The notes: generated from the sequence alone by a model not told the origin. Positions 1-13,470 are shown, numbered from the whole stretch's first letter. The stretch is DNA of 60,353 bases, filler included, from Squatina squatina (GCA_031763465.1; 4 parts of 4 records of this genome joined end to end with filler, not necessarily neighbours in it), one strand, 5' to 3'. Translations and numbers: made by a program.

Positions 1-1440
1 GTTGAGAGCAAGGAGAGATAGGAAAGGATCCTTCCTGCTATTAAGTGCTCCTAATGTGCACGTGCTTTGAAACAGATGACTCACATTAATCCACTTCTAC
101 ACGGGGATTAGCTGGACAATGGAAGAAATTCAATTCTGTTTGCAACTGGAGCTGGTGGAGAGAGTTCAAATAATGTTACTCATCTTGTGTCTAATGTTCG
201 CAGGCTTTAGACTTCCACCGATTTCTGTGGATAAACAAGGTACATTATCCCGGAGATTACAGCACTTTATCTTTTAAATCCCAGTTAATTGCTCTTCCGT
301 TTGTTGTGACAACTGTGCTTTGCAATTCACAGTTGTGTCCCATCCCTGCTAAAAGTCATCTACCAAGGGCTTTACTGCATTAGCCCCTTTCCTATTTTGG
401 GCAATGTTTGCCAGTGAAATCCGCTTCCCATTTACAGTAGATTTACTTGTTAACCCTACTAAGAACTGTGGGGTGTCTTGTCAAATGAATCAGCTCTGTT
501 ATCATTTTTCGATTGCCCAGTGTTTCTGAAAATAATGATGAGGGGATTTTTATTTGAACGTACATTTTCTTATATTTCTCAACTCCTTTTTTTCCAAGGA
601 TGAGGTCTCGTTATGTTGGCAGGTTTAGCACGACCGACTTTTGGTATTGGAACCAGTTACAGCAGTCGTGCTGTTAATAAAACTAGACCAGAGCCAGGCC
701 ATTATAATTACTGTACATTTTCTGTGTAGTTCCAGCACGTCGTGACTGAATTCACCGAGCAGGAGTGTTGTGTGGGTGTACAATGAGGAGGAAATAAATG
801 GAAAATTGTCATTTGTTCTAGTGAATGTGTTGGCGGATGGCAGCCAGCAAGGGTGATGCTGTAGCAGGATAAGTAACATAAAAGGAATCTCTCACTTATA
901 TTCCTGTGCATGTTAAAAACAGAATTGTAACATCCGTACCCCAACTGCATACGATAGTAGGGCATTCTAGTGCTGCAGTCGCACCATAATCCTTTACATC
1001 CTTAACACTTAATTGTGCCAAGATTTTTTCAACCAAGTGAAATAAAAATGAAATCATTTATATCAAAGAGCCTGAAGGAAATTATTCTTGTCTTTGTAGT
1101 TCGGAGTTTTCAATTAAGTATTGCTCTCCTTCACGTGCCCTCCACCATGTTCCTCCAGGTAGTTACAGAATTGAGTGGGTGATCTGCTGCTCTGGTTTGC
1201 TTCACCGCACAGATAGATCTATCTGACAATCGTAAATGTGCTTTTGAGTTTTAGAACCATCCAGAAGGAGTTGTAGCAGGCATGGTTTGATAGTAAAGGA
1301 AAGAAAGAAAAGAAAGACTTCAAAGGCATCAAGGGATATGNNNNNNNNNNNNNNNNNNNNNNNNNNNNNNNNNNNNNNNNNNNNNNNNNNNNNNNNNNNN
1401 NNNNNNNNNNNNNNNNNNNNNNNNNNNNNNNNNNNNNNNN

Positions 1441-1592
1441 CCTCAGTTTAACATTACATTTGAAAGACAGCACCACTGTGCTGCACTGTTAGCCTACATT
1501 TTTATTTTAATGCTCAAGTCTTTGAAGTGGGTACTTGAAGCCACAACCTTCTGCTTCCAAGGCAAGAGTCCTATCAACTGAGCCACAGCTGG
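1441..1592 (-). mobile_element. tRNA-derived SINE 5' part (SacSINE1/DeuSINE-like)
   Basis: Reverse complement reads AGCTGTGGCTCAGTTG...GAAGGTTGTGGCTTCAAGT, with Pol III A/B-box-like motifs. It matches the + strand head at 16851-16940. Confidence 0.75.
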
Positions 1593-1959
1593 CACATGGA
1601 TGAGGAAGACCATTTGGCCCATCCTATTTTAGGCAGCTAGCAGGAACCTACAATAACCCATCAAAGCATTCACCAACCTGGAAGTCCATGTTGACCACAT
1701 TTGGTATCAAAGAGAATTTCTTGACATCTGACACAAGTTCTGGTGGAGATTGGAAATTCAGTGAAGTGGGAGAATGAACCTATGTGCCACTTAGATCACT
1801 GGAATGCTAAAATTTATATAACTTACAGCACTGCTCAGATATATTTCCTGTGTTTTTTTACACGTGAGCGGGAAGCATCTGAAAGCAGCTTTAACATCTC
1901 TCGGATTCCAGATATTGCAGCCCAAGCAATAAGAACAATCTAAACAAACTTCTGGTTAA

Positions 1960-2290
1960 TTTTGTTCAGCTTTCTCCACACAATGTTGGAATTGAACCAG
2001 ACCTGGATAACATCGTGAGAAACCATGTGATGAACAATGCACCCCAGGGACATTTGCATCGCCATGCACCAGTGCAACGATTCATTTTATACAAAACAAA
2101 ACTACTAAATGAACTCCCTACAAAATTTGAGAGAATAGGCAGGTTAATGTTTGGGAGATGTGTAATATTGAAGGAGACCCTGCAGGTTATGGAGAGAAGG
2201 ATGAGGTAGTTTTGCTTGAAAAACCGACGATTTGACGGTGGCCTTATTGACGTTTTCAAGATTATTAGGGGAATTGAAAAAGTTGATCAA
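1960..2290 (+). mobile_element. Old, degenerate CR1/L2-group LINE 3' ORF2 fragment
   Basis: Frameshifted remnant resembling LEKRRLRGDLIEVFKIIRGIDKVD, the motif seen intact at 28060-28120. Confidence 0.5.
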
Positions 2291-2553
2291 GATGATAGTG
2301 GATAACCTTGCCTCACTCCCATTTCAGGAATTAGGCTCAGCGAATCTCCCATTGTTCCACATCAGAGGTTGGGGTGGGGGGAGGGTTATAAATAAATAAG
2401 TCCAGAGTACAAAAAGGACAGAAGCCATGGGAACTGAACACTCTGATTTTGAGAGTTGTTCCAAAAGCCTCTCCACATCAAAGTGGACTGGAAAATGTGC
2501 TCCTGAACACTAACATAGTAATTTGTAATTAGCTACACCAAAATGTTACCAAC

Positions 2554-2707
2554 ATCTAGCTCATCCATAGCTGCATTCAGATTCTTAGTCAAGTCACTGA
2601 GCTTTTCCACATTGTTCCTCATTTCGTCAGTAGTTATAATTTCTTTTTTCTTGAAGCTGTCGACTTCTTTGCCGTAAGCCACCACCTTCTTCTGAAATTC
2701 TGTTATT
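2554..2707 (-). CDS. DNAH12: Internal exon of an axonemal dynein heavy chain, DNAH12-like
   Basis: 154-nt exon bounded by tttAG and GTtggt. It encodes (R)ITEFQKKVVAYGKEVDSFKKKEIITTDEMRNNVEKLSDLTKNLNAAMDELD, similar to the recalled DNAH12 segment FRKREVMTTEEMKHNVEKLNELSKNL. Confidence 0.7.
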
Positions 2708-2959
2708 CTAAATACACAATAAATTGTATTAGTGGCAACTGGCAATTGTGTTAACACAATTTTGTTGCGTGCAGACCAAACGTACGTCAAATTTTTCCCA
2801 TGCGTTACTGCAGCAAAGGGATTCTACAATGTCCCTTCACGCAGCAGCTGCAACCAGTGTCAGGCAATGAAAGTGCATTAAGTTTATGGCAATGTAGAAT
2901 TATTTTTGTGGTAGTAGTCAGCAGCGGCTTCACACTGCCAGTAATTACACTAGAGGCAA

Positions 2960-3480
2960 GAGTTACCAAGAACAGGAAAAAATGGTTAGGCCCAACATCC
3001 CTGACTATTTCTGATAGGTCTATCCATCGTCTCACCTTATCCCTCAATCCCCTTTCTCTCCAGAATTGCAACCAATTGTCTCCAATACCCATTTACATTG
3101 TCTGATTCAATAGCCTTCTCTGTTCATTTATTCTACAATCTGATTGACCTCAATGTAAAATCTTTTACCTAATCTCTCTTCATATATGACTTCCTAATTT
3201 TTAATTTGTGGTAACTGGTATTGGAACACCTCACCACACTAAACAGTTTGCTTCGATCAGCTTGATCAATCCCTGTTATAGTTTTGAAAACTTGAATCAG
3301 ATCACCTTACAGTCTTTCCGTTTACAAATAAAGCAAGCTCACCCTTTCCGCATAGTTTAATTCCTGATACCCAAAATCATATTTGTTGCTCATGCCTGTA
3401 CATTTTCAAGGTCAATAATATCCTTTCTATGATTAGATGACTAGAAGCACACACTCAGTACTTCAGGCAGGCTTCAACCA
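2960..3480 (-). mobile_element. Old CR1/L2-group LINE 3' fragment
   Basis: Reverse complement contains GGTGATCTGATTCAAGTTTTCAAAACTATAACAGGGATTGATCAAG (GDLIQVFKTITGIDQ), the typical ORF2 C-terminal motif. Confidence 0.6.
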
Positions 3481-4319
3481 GTGCCTTATATAGCAACAAT
3501 AGAACCTGTTCTAAGCCCATGCCACCACTCTCATTACAAATGTACAAAAAATAGAAAATCAGAGTACTTTATGATCCTGAAAGAGCAGGGGCACCCAATG
3601 GGCTCAGTGTCATTTTGGTTGAGAACATTTTTTTCTGTGCTGCCACTGGAGAAAAAAATAGTCCTTTAAACTCCTGAGCTTTGTCAACACATTTGCTCTC
3701 CAGTATTCAGCTGTCATTTTAACAGGAAAGTAACTAACCTACGCATTGCAGTGTTGAACAAAAAGATTTTTTGTGCCATAATGTATGGAATTACACTCAG
3801 CATCACTGTTAGTGTTGATGCAAATTGCACAAATAAAATTCAGTCCATAGTATGTCGGGGTTCAAATGAAACTCGACCACCTTGCAACACAGTCTGATCC
3901 ATCTACTACTGTATATTGATTCCTTACTTCCTTGGTGTCATATTGATGTTGCAGTAATTCTTTCTGTAATCCTCGCTGTTGGTATCAGGTTCTTGAATTC
4001 ATTCTGAAAATAGCAACATCATTAAAATTCAAGATGTCAACAAGCCACTTCCTGCCAGTGAGGCCCTTAGTACTATGTTGCAGAAAATAATTCTCTGAGG
4101 GAAATCATGCTGCATCGTACACTTTTAATGGGCTGCAAATCCCATAATTACTTATTCCTAGTGGGCCGCAAACAANNNNNNNNNNNNNNNNNNNNNNNNN
4201 NNNNNNNNNNNNNNNNNNNNNNNNNNNNNNNNNNNNNNNNNNNNNNNNNNNNNNNNNNNNNNNNNNNNNNNNNNNTTAAATGACACTTAAATGAATTCTA
4301 ATACATATAAGGGGAAGCC

Positions 4320-4470
4320 AAATAAACACATGAGGGAGAAAGGAATAGAAGGTCAGGCTGATAGAGTTAGATGAAGAGAGGTGGGAGGAGGCTGGTGTGC
4401 AGCATAAACACCGGCATTGACCAGTTGGGCTGAATGGCCTGTTTCAGTGCAGTACATTCTATGTAATTTG
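4320..4470 (+). mobile_element. CR1-type LINE 3' tail (HER1/HE1-like)
   Basis: GACCAGTTGGGCTGAATGGCCTGTTTC...ATTCTATGTAA 3' terminal motif, shared with other copies in the window. Confidence 0.7.
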
Positions 4471-5344
4471 ACAAAAATTACAACATCCATAAGAGCAGAG
4501 CAGATGGTTAAACCAGCTCTGTACAAGACCTCCTCCGAGGAATACCATTTTAAAAGCAACAGATTGAAACGGTCAAAAAAATAATGTGGTCTCATTGCAG
4601 ATGATTTTTAAGAGTGATCCATTCTCTCTGCGAGGGTTATACACGTGCAGAGTCAGATACCATTCCAAGTGGGAAATGTAATGTATTTGTCAGCAATAAA
4701 ACCATGGAATCGGTGAAGAAAATGATGGTAAATCAGCAAGCAAATATCCAGCAGTAAGAGAACATGTGGTTAATGCATGCTGGGATCAGTCTGGATGTGT
4801 GGGTGTTTCTTGGTGTCTGAAATAAACCTGAAGTGTTTGTATCAGCAATTAGCACGTTTAGGTTCAAACTGAGTGTTGTAGTTATAAATTTCCTCATGGT
4901 ACCATTTTTAGTCGAGGAGCAAAATAAAATCTTCAAAATTGCTGGCTTTCGCCCTTGCCTTTCACCTGGTACATTTGCACCAATTGTTTAATGGCCAAAG
5001 CCAAAATAGCTCTAAGCAAATGGCTTAAGAGACGAGACTTCCCATCAACATGTGACATTGTCCGTCCCTTGGGCACCATGTTGAAGAAATACTCAAATCT
5101 TTTTCAGAATCACAAGCAAAACCTATAAGCTACCTAGTGGTCAAATAGAAAGCCTTCTGCTGTCTGAGGTGAAACAGTTTGCCTAAGATGCTTAAAGTCT
5201 CTTACATTACCGGATCTAAGTGACCACTTCAGGAAACCAGCAAGGACAGTAGGAAAAAGCCAACCATTTCTGGATTCCTTGCTGCAACAGTCCAGCCATG
5301 ACCCTCAAGTCAATTTGTGGCCTATCTATCAATAAAGGGGATGA

Positions 5345-5529
5345 TTAGAATCATACAATGCTTACAGCACGGAAGAAGGCCATTCGGCCCATCGAGCTCG
5401 CGCCGATTCTCAGCTCTTCCCACTCCCCCGCCCTTTCCCCGTAACCCTGCAATTTTTTTTCCAACTCCCTTTTGAAAGCATTGACTAAGACTGCCTCCAC
5501 CACTCTTTCAGGCAGTGCATTCCAGATCC
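5345..5529 (-). mobile_element. CR1-type LINE 3' end
   Basis: Reverse complement is similar to 28240-28440 (ATCTGGAATGCACTGCCTGAAAG...GGCCGAATGGCCT...ATTCT). Confidence 0.8.
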
Positions 5530-5629
5530 NNNNNNNNNNNNNNNNNNNNNNNNNNNNNNNNNNNNNNNNNNNNNNNNNNNNNNNNNNNNNNNNNNNNNNN
5601 NNNNNNNNNNNNNNNNNNNNNNNNNNNNN

Positions 5630-5678
5630 GGGCTGATTGGCCTGTTTCTGTGCTGTAGATTATAAGTAATTCTATGCA
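5630..5678 (+). mobile_element. CR1-type LINE extreme 3' tail
   Basis: GGGCTGATTGGCCTGTTTCTGTGCTGTA...ATTCTATG motif next to a gap. Confidence 0.6.
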
Positions 5679-6944
5679 AAAAAATGTGGTTTTTGTTGTA
5701 CTGCTGACACTACCACACTGGAACCCATCCACCGTCAATCATAATACAAAAGTGTTTGATTAGATTTTAAATAATAACTGGATGCCTTTTTTTTTGCATG
5801 CAAAGTCGGAAGGTGTGTCTTAGAGCCAGCCTCTTAACACTTGTTCCTTTTCTGTCATTAAAGGCCTAAGTGAGATACCTACCAGCACTGCTAATGGCCT
5901 GGAACAAGACAACATCTAGCAGCACCCTGCATCCCACTGACCACTGTTTGTAAGCACCAACACAGCTGCGTACACTTAAGAGAATGGGAGATTATCTTAG
6001 GGACCATATATTACCATATTAATATGAAACATTGTGGCTTGAAGATTGCGCTAACTTGGCAGGGATTCAGTGAGAGGATTGCCGTCCCTGCCTTTACACA
6101 TCTTCCACACTGGCAGGACTGAGCCCCTAGGCCAGAAAACCTGCCTTCATGTTTTGTAAATTAATTGGTGAAATTTGACTGCTTGAAAGAATTCCAAATT
6201 GTACAGAAACAAATAATTGCAGAGGAAATCCAGAGAAAATGAATGAAATTAACTTAGTTCTAATTGGAAATTATTATTAATTGAAAGGAACTTGTACAGA
6301 TTGAAACCATTTCCCCTGAAGGGTTAAAACCTATGGTTATGCAGAATAACGAGTGTCATTAACTGTCAGTAAAGTCTTCATTTGAGGATTAGCAGCTGTG
6401 CATTAGCTATGGTAATGAATATATTTGTTATGCTCCAAGATAGTTTTAATACCACAATTTCTCACATTGCTGATACTAATTTCAAACTACCAAAAACAAA
6501 GCCTTTGATAAAACTGGTAAACTATTTGGCTGCTCAATAAATCACTGCCGGTCCTTGCAATAGTGAGCGAAAACAGAAATTATGGATCAGGAGGTTAGGC
6601 AGTACAGTTAGCATGACTTAGTTAAGTGACAGAAGGTTTGGCACTGAGGCAGAGTTAAGGAATAAAAGACATTACCCAGGACCACTGACAAACAACAAAA
6701 GCATAAAAGGCAGGAAAACCGCCTCCTCGGAGGGACAAGCATTCTGACTGGCATTGTTTTCAGTCGAACTGGAAAAGACCAGGTTTAACTTCCTTCAGCT
6801 GCCGGCAATCTAACAAATCAAACAGCTCCATCCATCTTTTACATCAGCATATGTTCACTTCATATGAAAGAAAAAGTTCCAACTCCACATAACAATCCTG
6901 ATATGCTTTTGAAACCATTGCTGCACTCTGTACAAAGTTTTGGG

Positions 6945-7135
6945 TGAACATAAGAACATAAGAAGTAGGAGCAGGAGTAGGCCATTCGGCCCCTCAAGCC
7001 TGCTCTGCCATTCAACATGATCACGGCTGATCTGATTCTGGCCTCAACTCCACTGTCCTGCCTCCTCCCCATATCCTTTGACTCGCTTGCTGATCAAAAA
7101 TCTGTCTATCTCGGCCTTGAATATATTCAATGATA
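6945..7135 (-). mobile_element. CR1-type LINE 3' end
   Basis: AACATAAGAACATAAGAAGTAGGAGCAGGAGTAGGCCATTCGGCCC tail. The minus frame encodes IFKAEIDRFLISKRVKGYGE. A similar copy lies at 32413-32615. Confidence 0.85.
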
Positions 7136-9969
7136 TCGCTGAATTAACCTCACGCCTAAGCTGCGATCTGCCCACAGTGTTAAAGGTCTCAACTGTATAT
7201 TGTCTCTTAAACATGTAGGACTTCTTTTTGACCTCAACCTCCATTGTCAGTTGGTTTATATGTTACCATTGCTTCACCAGGCCACTTATCGATCAAATTA
7301 AAATGGTACATAGGGTTAACTGCTGTAGACTCCCTTTGTTAACCAGATTCGCAGTTGACAAGTAGCCAAGGAACTCTAAACTTTAACTATAAGTTCATGC
7401 CTAATGAACCGCTGAGAAAGTCAATACGATGCGATGCAGGGGAATGCGGTGAACTAACAAGCATCTACAGGTTACAGTAGTCTGCTGGCACAAGCCCACC
7501 TGAACTCTTCACATTCAAGCAATGCTGCTTCAGGAACCACAGCAGAAGGAAGCTTGAATGATAAATGCCATCTTTTCTTTCCTTCTCAGAATCACATTTT
7601 AGCTCCCGCTTAGAGAGTGAATGCGACTGTTTCCAGTCCTCAGCTTACTATATGGGCAACACAAGGGCTTGATTACACACAGCATCCCACTGAATGGAAC
7701 AGTGCCAGAATTAATGCAACAATTCACAGTTCAGTGGCACATAAAGGCAGGGCAGCAATGTCAGACAGTTAACAAAGGAGCCTGCAGAAACCGAGCACTA
7801 GAACTTGAATGGAACTTTCAGTAACCTCTGCATTCTTACNNNNNNNNNNNNNNNNNNNNNNNNNNNNNNNNNNNNNNNNNNNNNNNNNNNNNNNNNNNNN
7901 NNNNNNNNNNNNNNNNNNNNNNNNNNNNNNNNNNNNNNNCCTCTGCATTCTTACATATTTAGCACCAACTATGTCCGTGGGTTGCCAGTTTTACTGAATA
8001 TTATAATTTTGTCATTGTTTAAATTTTGAAACAACATTATGGCCTGTGCACAATCACTATAAATCACCCCACTGTGAGGCAGAATAGAATGGATATGAAA
8101 TAATGGATAGGAAGGAGGGAATGACAAGGTGGAAATACAACTGACTGGTTCAAATGCTGTCATAAGCTACAAGAGCAAAGCTCAAGTCTTTTATGTAAAT
8201 TAATGTGTGATGCTGATCTCTCTATTCCTATCAATTATTCTCTGTCCATTACAAACGCTGCACACTACACACCAATAAAACTCTGATGTTATTTTTCCAT
8301 CTGTACTTACATTTATTAATTTAGTTAATTGATCACCTGCAGCACTGTGGCTGTAAAATAATGACTTGTCCAAACTGTTTCTATAATAAATTCTTCCAAA
8401 ACCTGCTTAAGGAATGTTCCTGTAAAGACGGTGGCCATTAATTGCAAGTTTGTGTCTTCATTCATTCCGTTGTAAATTATCAGTGATGCAGAGTGTCTTT
8501 GTGCTGTTGACAAGAACTTAGTAAAAGAGAGGGTACAGCACATCGCTGCAATGTAGAATAATCTCCTTAGTGGTTGAGAGAATCAGAAGGTCACAACTGT
8601 GTCAACCACTCAGAGGAGTCTACCAACAAGCTAACCAATCTGGTTTTAAATCTTCAAACAAACCTGTTGGATTTTACATTTCCCTGGCACTTCACTGAAT
8701 GCAAACCATTTGTCATCACTTGTCCCTCCAGTTGCTTGGGTGCTTGACTTGTAAACTTCGTGAGGTCTTGTGAGAACCCATTGTTTTTGGCAAGCATAAC
8801 CTAGAGGGAGCTCATGACTGATGGACATTCATACATTTTAACCACAGATAATTGGAATACCTCCAAACGACAAGTAGGAGCAGGCAGAAGTGGCTGCTGC
8901 ACAAATTGCTGATTTCAAAGGTTTCAAGCTTTTACAGCAGCACACTTTGTTTAGATTATTTCTTTTTNNNNNNNNNNNNNNNNNNNNNNNNNNNNNNNNN
9001 NNNNNNNNNNNNNNNNNNNNNNNNNNNNNNNNNNNNNNNNNNNNNNNNNNNNNNNNNNNNNNNNNNNTCTGGCCTTGCCGGCAACGCCCACATCCCATGA
9101 ATGCATCTCTGTTCTCTGGCTGACTAGGGAGGTTCATATACTTGCCTGCCTGTTGGTAACATGTTTGAGTTTCATGTTTGTCTTTCCAAATGTCTCAACC
9201 TTAAAGTCTCTAAAGCTAAATGTGAAGTTTAGAGAAGTCAAATCCTTATTTTTAATTGCTGTAGGATTATGATCATCTTGTGCCATGGATTCAGATCCAA
9301 TGGGAATTGAATTGCAACTGTTCCAACTTCTCCCCTAGGTACTGTATGAAGAGAATAAAATCAGTATGATCTGTCTGAGTTCAATTAAGCCTCCAGGTCT
9401 TACATATGAAAGGCTATTGTTACAACCTCCTTTGAAACCCAATCTCCTACATTTTAATTTTGATCCTAAAAGTCAGCAAATAGAAAGTTAATAAGCCAAT
9501 GAAGGGATGTAGCCAAAACCATTGGAAGGTTTGCAAAGGATTAAGATATCAACAGCTGTTATCCCTGGAGGTTAAGTTTATAGTCTGTATAACTGGATTA
9601 AAAAGAAAGAAACCTGCCAGGTTTCACAATATAATTTGAGACTGGAAGAAATTAGTTGGACCATTCACATAGAGTTAGAGTTAATAGATATAATGAAATT
9701 ATTTGATACATTTTGGAACTAGGACATAAGTAGAAAATATTCTACTGGCAATGGTGCAGTATGATTCTGAATTCCATCAATGAGGCAAGTATGTTAACTC
9801 ATAATAAAACATAGTCATAAGTGAGCTATAGTTAATGTCAGAGTGGAAAAAATGATAACACAGTTCTAACAATGCTATATTATTTTATAAATGAGTTAAT
9901 GTCCCCACTAAGATAGCAAAGAGAAGATTTTCAAATAACTCCTCAGATAATGAAGAAGTCTGTGCCCAC

Positions 9970-10014
9970 ATGAAACAAGACCTGGATGACATTCAGACTT
10001 GGGCTGACAAGTGG
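9970..10014 (+). mobile_element. LINE reverse transcriptase fragment
   Basis: Encodes QDLDDIQTWADKW, typical of the non-LTR RT region after the xADD motif. Cut by a gap. Confidence 0.6.
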
Positions 10015-11769
10015 NNNNNNNNNNNNNNNNNNNNNNNNNNNNNNNNNNNNNNNNNNNNNNNNNNNNNNNNNNNNNNNNNNNNNNNNNNNNNNNNNNNNNN
10101 NNNNNNNNNNNNNNTAAAATCGGCCCCATTAATCGTAAGCAAGCACTTGGCAAAGCATATGATGGCAGCGTAGTCCCATTCAGTTCTTCTGTACATGCTG
10201 ATCGACTGAATGAAAGAAAATTGTCGAGGAGGCACTGAAACCTCCAATTACTTGCCGTCTTCAAAGTGCTAAACACTATTGGGAATTCTGATATTTAAAG
10301 GTTTTCAATTAACTCCACTTCCCATTGACACAAATGACAAATGGAGTTTCACGTTGTACTGGTGTTATGGTAATGTCACCAGCATTACAAAAGCATGCTC
10401 CAGATATGGGAAGTCACAGGTGGCCGTTTGAACTGTCAAAGCACCTTCATTCGGTATAATGAAAACTGAAAATTAATTTCAGAAGTGTTACATTGAAACA
10501 TATTTACTCAGCGGGCAGAAATTAAAATAGACAGCACACATTTCACAGCAGAGCATACAGCAATATATTCAGATGACTGCAACATTTCATAGCGGCAAGA
10601 CCACCGTACAACCTCAATGAATTTCAAATAACAGAGTGTTCTGTCAGTGCTGTATCTCAATTCCTCCTTCCATTCATAGTTGCTTTACATGCAGACAGGC
10701 AATTGCTGTTCTGTAGGTAGAACTTAACTGATAAAGCGTGATGATAGAAAGTAGCCTTTTGATCTCTGCACAAGAGCTAATAGCATTTCTGCTTCACTTG
10801 ACCGCTTGACAAATATGAAAAGATTGTTAGTTGACAGGATTTCAAAGCCTAGCTCTATCTAAATACTCTTTTCTATGTACAAAGTAAAATTGGAATTCTT
10901 CTACTTGACAATCTGGCATGTTTCTGCATCACCAACGTGGTGACACTGCATCTCCTTTGCAAATCTTGTTTTAGAACCCTGGGCACACAGTAATGCTAAT
11001 AGCTATTGTCTGTTTAACAAGAATGATGAGTGTGTGATTGATTTGGAGCCTGTGATTCTACTGAGAACTATAAATAATTAAGAGTTGCAAATATGCAAGT
11101 TACTTCTATGATCAATTTGTAACTATTTAATTTAGGGCAGACTGGCTGCCCTGAAAAGGCACGGGACTCTCATGGTAACAGAATCACTCGCTGCTAATAC
11201 AGCGTTATGGAACTATTTATGAAGGCACTCGGGGAAATCTCCTGATTTCTGGTATGGCCTTTCCACCCCGATTTCATTCACCTTTGTCATATCATTGGCC
11301 CAATTCTATCATGTGATCAGTGATCATGAGGGTTACCCTTATGAAGCCAAAGAACAGCGACTTGGAAACTGTATTTGAATGAGCATATTGAAATCAGGTG
11401 AAGGATATTGTTATTGGTCTGGTGCAGAGTGCTGATAAAATAGGTTATTACTTGTACACATGTTAAAGGATTCCTATCAAGATAAAAAACCATATGTTAT
11501 GGTGTAACTTACGACAATATATTCTTAAATCTGGGTGAAGCTATAGTTTAAACATGTGGAAAATCAGTGGCTGGGATCTTGTACCCTCCTTCAGTTGGGG
11601 GTTGGGGGGTATGGGGGAGGATGGAGGGCTTCTGCCAACCTCTGACATCTGGCTGATCTTCTGACCTCGAGACCATTTACATTTTGAAGGCAGACTCCCT
11701 GGCCTGTGCCAGGGAATTGCGCCAGATTGGGGGCAGAGGGCAGGACTGTGCTGTGGCAGGCCTCCATCA

Positions 11770-12357
11770 GAGATCCATGCAGCTTCCATGTTACTTGCCA
11801 GGATTACAGATATCTCCGAGATATTCAGCATTATTCGAACCACTGCTATTGCCGCATCCTGAGATTCACGCTCAACGCCATGCACAGCCACATGCAAGCT
11901 CTCAACCTCTCTCTTCAGCAGCACAAACTCACTCTAGCTCTACGCTGTCCCGGCTCGCAGTTCCATTTCATCCTTCGCCTCACCCAATGCTTTAACAAAA
12001 AACTTTTTCCCTTCCTTTCAGGTGTCAAGGATCATAAGCTTCAGCAACACCCCTCCAGAACCTTCTTCCCCTTCACTTTCCTCTGATCCCATCCCTTCTT
12101 CCAATCTCACCCCCTGCCATGTTTTCACTATACCCTCTGACCTTCCCCTCTCTGACCCCAAATGATCGGTCCTCAACAACGGTCTGAGCTTCGTCCCTGC
12201 CGCCTTCACCTCAATGAATATCGAGTTCAGCACGGTGCTGAGCTATTTTTCTGTCGCCTTCACCTCCATGCCTACTTCTTTGGCCAGGAGCCTTTCCCCT
12301 GCACAGCTGACGCTTTCTCCCGTTTTCAGAATTCTCGCTCTACCTGGACCCCTCCCT
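11770..12357 (+). mobile_element. Penelope-like retroelement, N-terminal ORF remnant
   Basis: Frameshifted peptides VFTIPSDLPLSD..SVLNNGLSFVP and ELFFCRLHLHAYFF correspond to the Penelope pre-RT motifs LSKGLxFxP and FFRRLRLxxYF. Confidence 0.75.
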
Positions 12358-12401
12358 NNNNNNNNNNNNNNNNNNNNNNNNNNNNNNNNNNNNNNNNNNN
12401 N

Positions 12402-12413
12402 TTAATTAATTAA
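12402..12413. other. Artificial scaffold linker TTAATTAATTAA inside N spacer
   Basis: Palindrome with stops in all six frames, flanked by exactly 44 N on each side (100 nt total). Confidence 0.95.
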
Positions 12414-12457
12414 NNNNNNNNNNNNNNNNNNNNNNNNNNNNNNNNNNNNNNNNNNNN

Positions 12458-12690
12458 TATACTGCATCTGCCCACTCATTCAACTTGTCCAAATCACACT
12501 GGAGCTTCTCTGCATCCTCCTCACAGCACACACTCCGATCCAGCTTTGTGTCATCTATAAACTTGGAGATATTAGATTTAGTTCCCTCATCTAAAATAAT
12601 TAATACATATTATGAATAGTTGGGGTCCTAGCACTGATCCCTGCAGTACCCCACCAGTCACTGCCTACCACTCAGAAAAAGACCCATTTA
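12458..12690 (-). mobile_element. CR1-type LINE RT core fragment
   Basis: Minus strand encodes GVLQGSVLGPQLF...LDEGTKSNISKFIDDTKL, the degenerate PQGSVLGP and FADD motifs. Confidence 0.85.
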
Positions 12691-13279
12691 TTGTTGTTAC
12701 TACACATGAACTGCACTCTTGGCAAAGTGAAAACACAAGGGCCTCCATGATACTTTTATAGGAAATTACTCAGCCAAAATCAAGTTTTAATGATACAGCC
12801 AGATTCTATCCTACCAAAGAGCAGTATCTTTCAACATATTTTTCTTGGAACAGGCAAGGTGGATTACTGAAGTACATCTCAAATTATAATCATTCATTCA
12901 TGTCAACTAGAACTGACAAACCCAGGTAAATCCTCCACATAGACTAAGGCGAATCATAACTGCAGAAATACATTACTAACCGCCTACCCTCATTTCAGTT
13001 TAACAAAGAGAGTTTAAGACCTTGAAATGCTCGTGGATTGGTGCACTAGGACCCAGGAGCCATGTCTGGTTGCAGTGAGGACTGGTTTACCACAATGATC
13101 TGTAATAACACTCCAGTGATGAGGTTACTATCGGTCATTTGTAAGATGCAAACTACTGTAAGAAACTACTTAAAAAGTGAAAGCAATTCCAGACTTCGAA
13201 ACCAATGCAAAGTAAAAAAACAAACTTTATTTACATTTAAAATCAGCATTTGAAAAACTTTGGGACTTTTCTGACACAC

Positions 13280-13470
13280 CTAGTTTGTTCCTGAAGCAAG
13301 AGATGAGGCTCCACAAAAAATTTGACTCGGAGTTTGAATCTATAAGGAGGCATCCCTTCGATCTGTTGAGAGATCCTATTCCTCAGGTTCAGCCAGAGAG
13401 TTTCCCCTTTGTTTGCGGAGTACTGCAGCCCCAAATAGTCATCTTCTATAATCCCGAGTCTATGGCAAAC
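13280..13470 (-). CDS. MYLIP: MYLIP/IDOL-like E3 ligase, FERM-domain internal exon
   Basis: 191-nt exon bounded by ttttcccAG and GTgtgt. It encodes [64 protein letters not shown]; [12 protein letters not shown] and [10 protein letters not shown] are MYLIP signatures. Confidence 0.92.

Noticed and set aside
204-1158. Three small AG...GT bounded segments (204-239, 599-622, 1100-1158)
   Set aside because: Joining them gives a stop in each phase tried, and no peptide is recognisable.
3928-4003. Minus-strand segment with good-looking acceptor and GTAAG donor near the dynein exon
   Set aside because: All three frames contain stop codons.
12402-12413. Repeated perfect palindrome TTAATTAATTAA as a biological motif
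   Set aside because: Always centred in a 100-nt N spacer, so it is an assembly linker.
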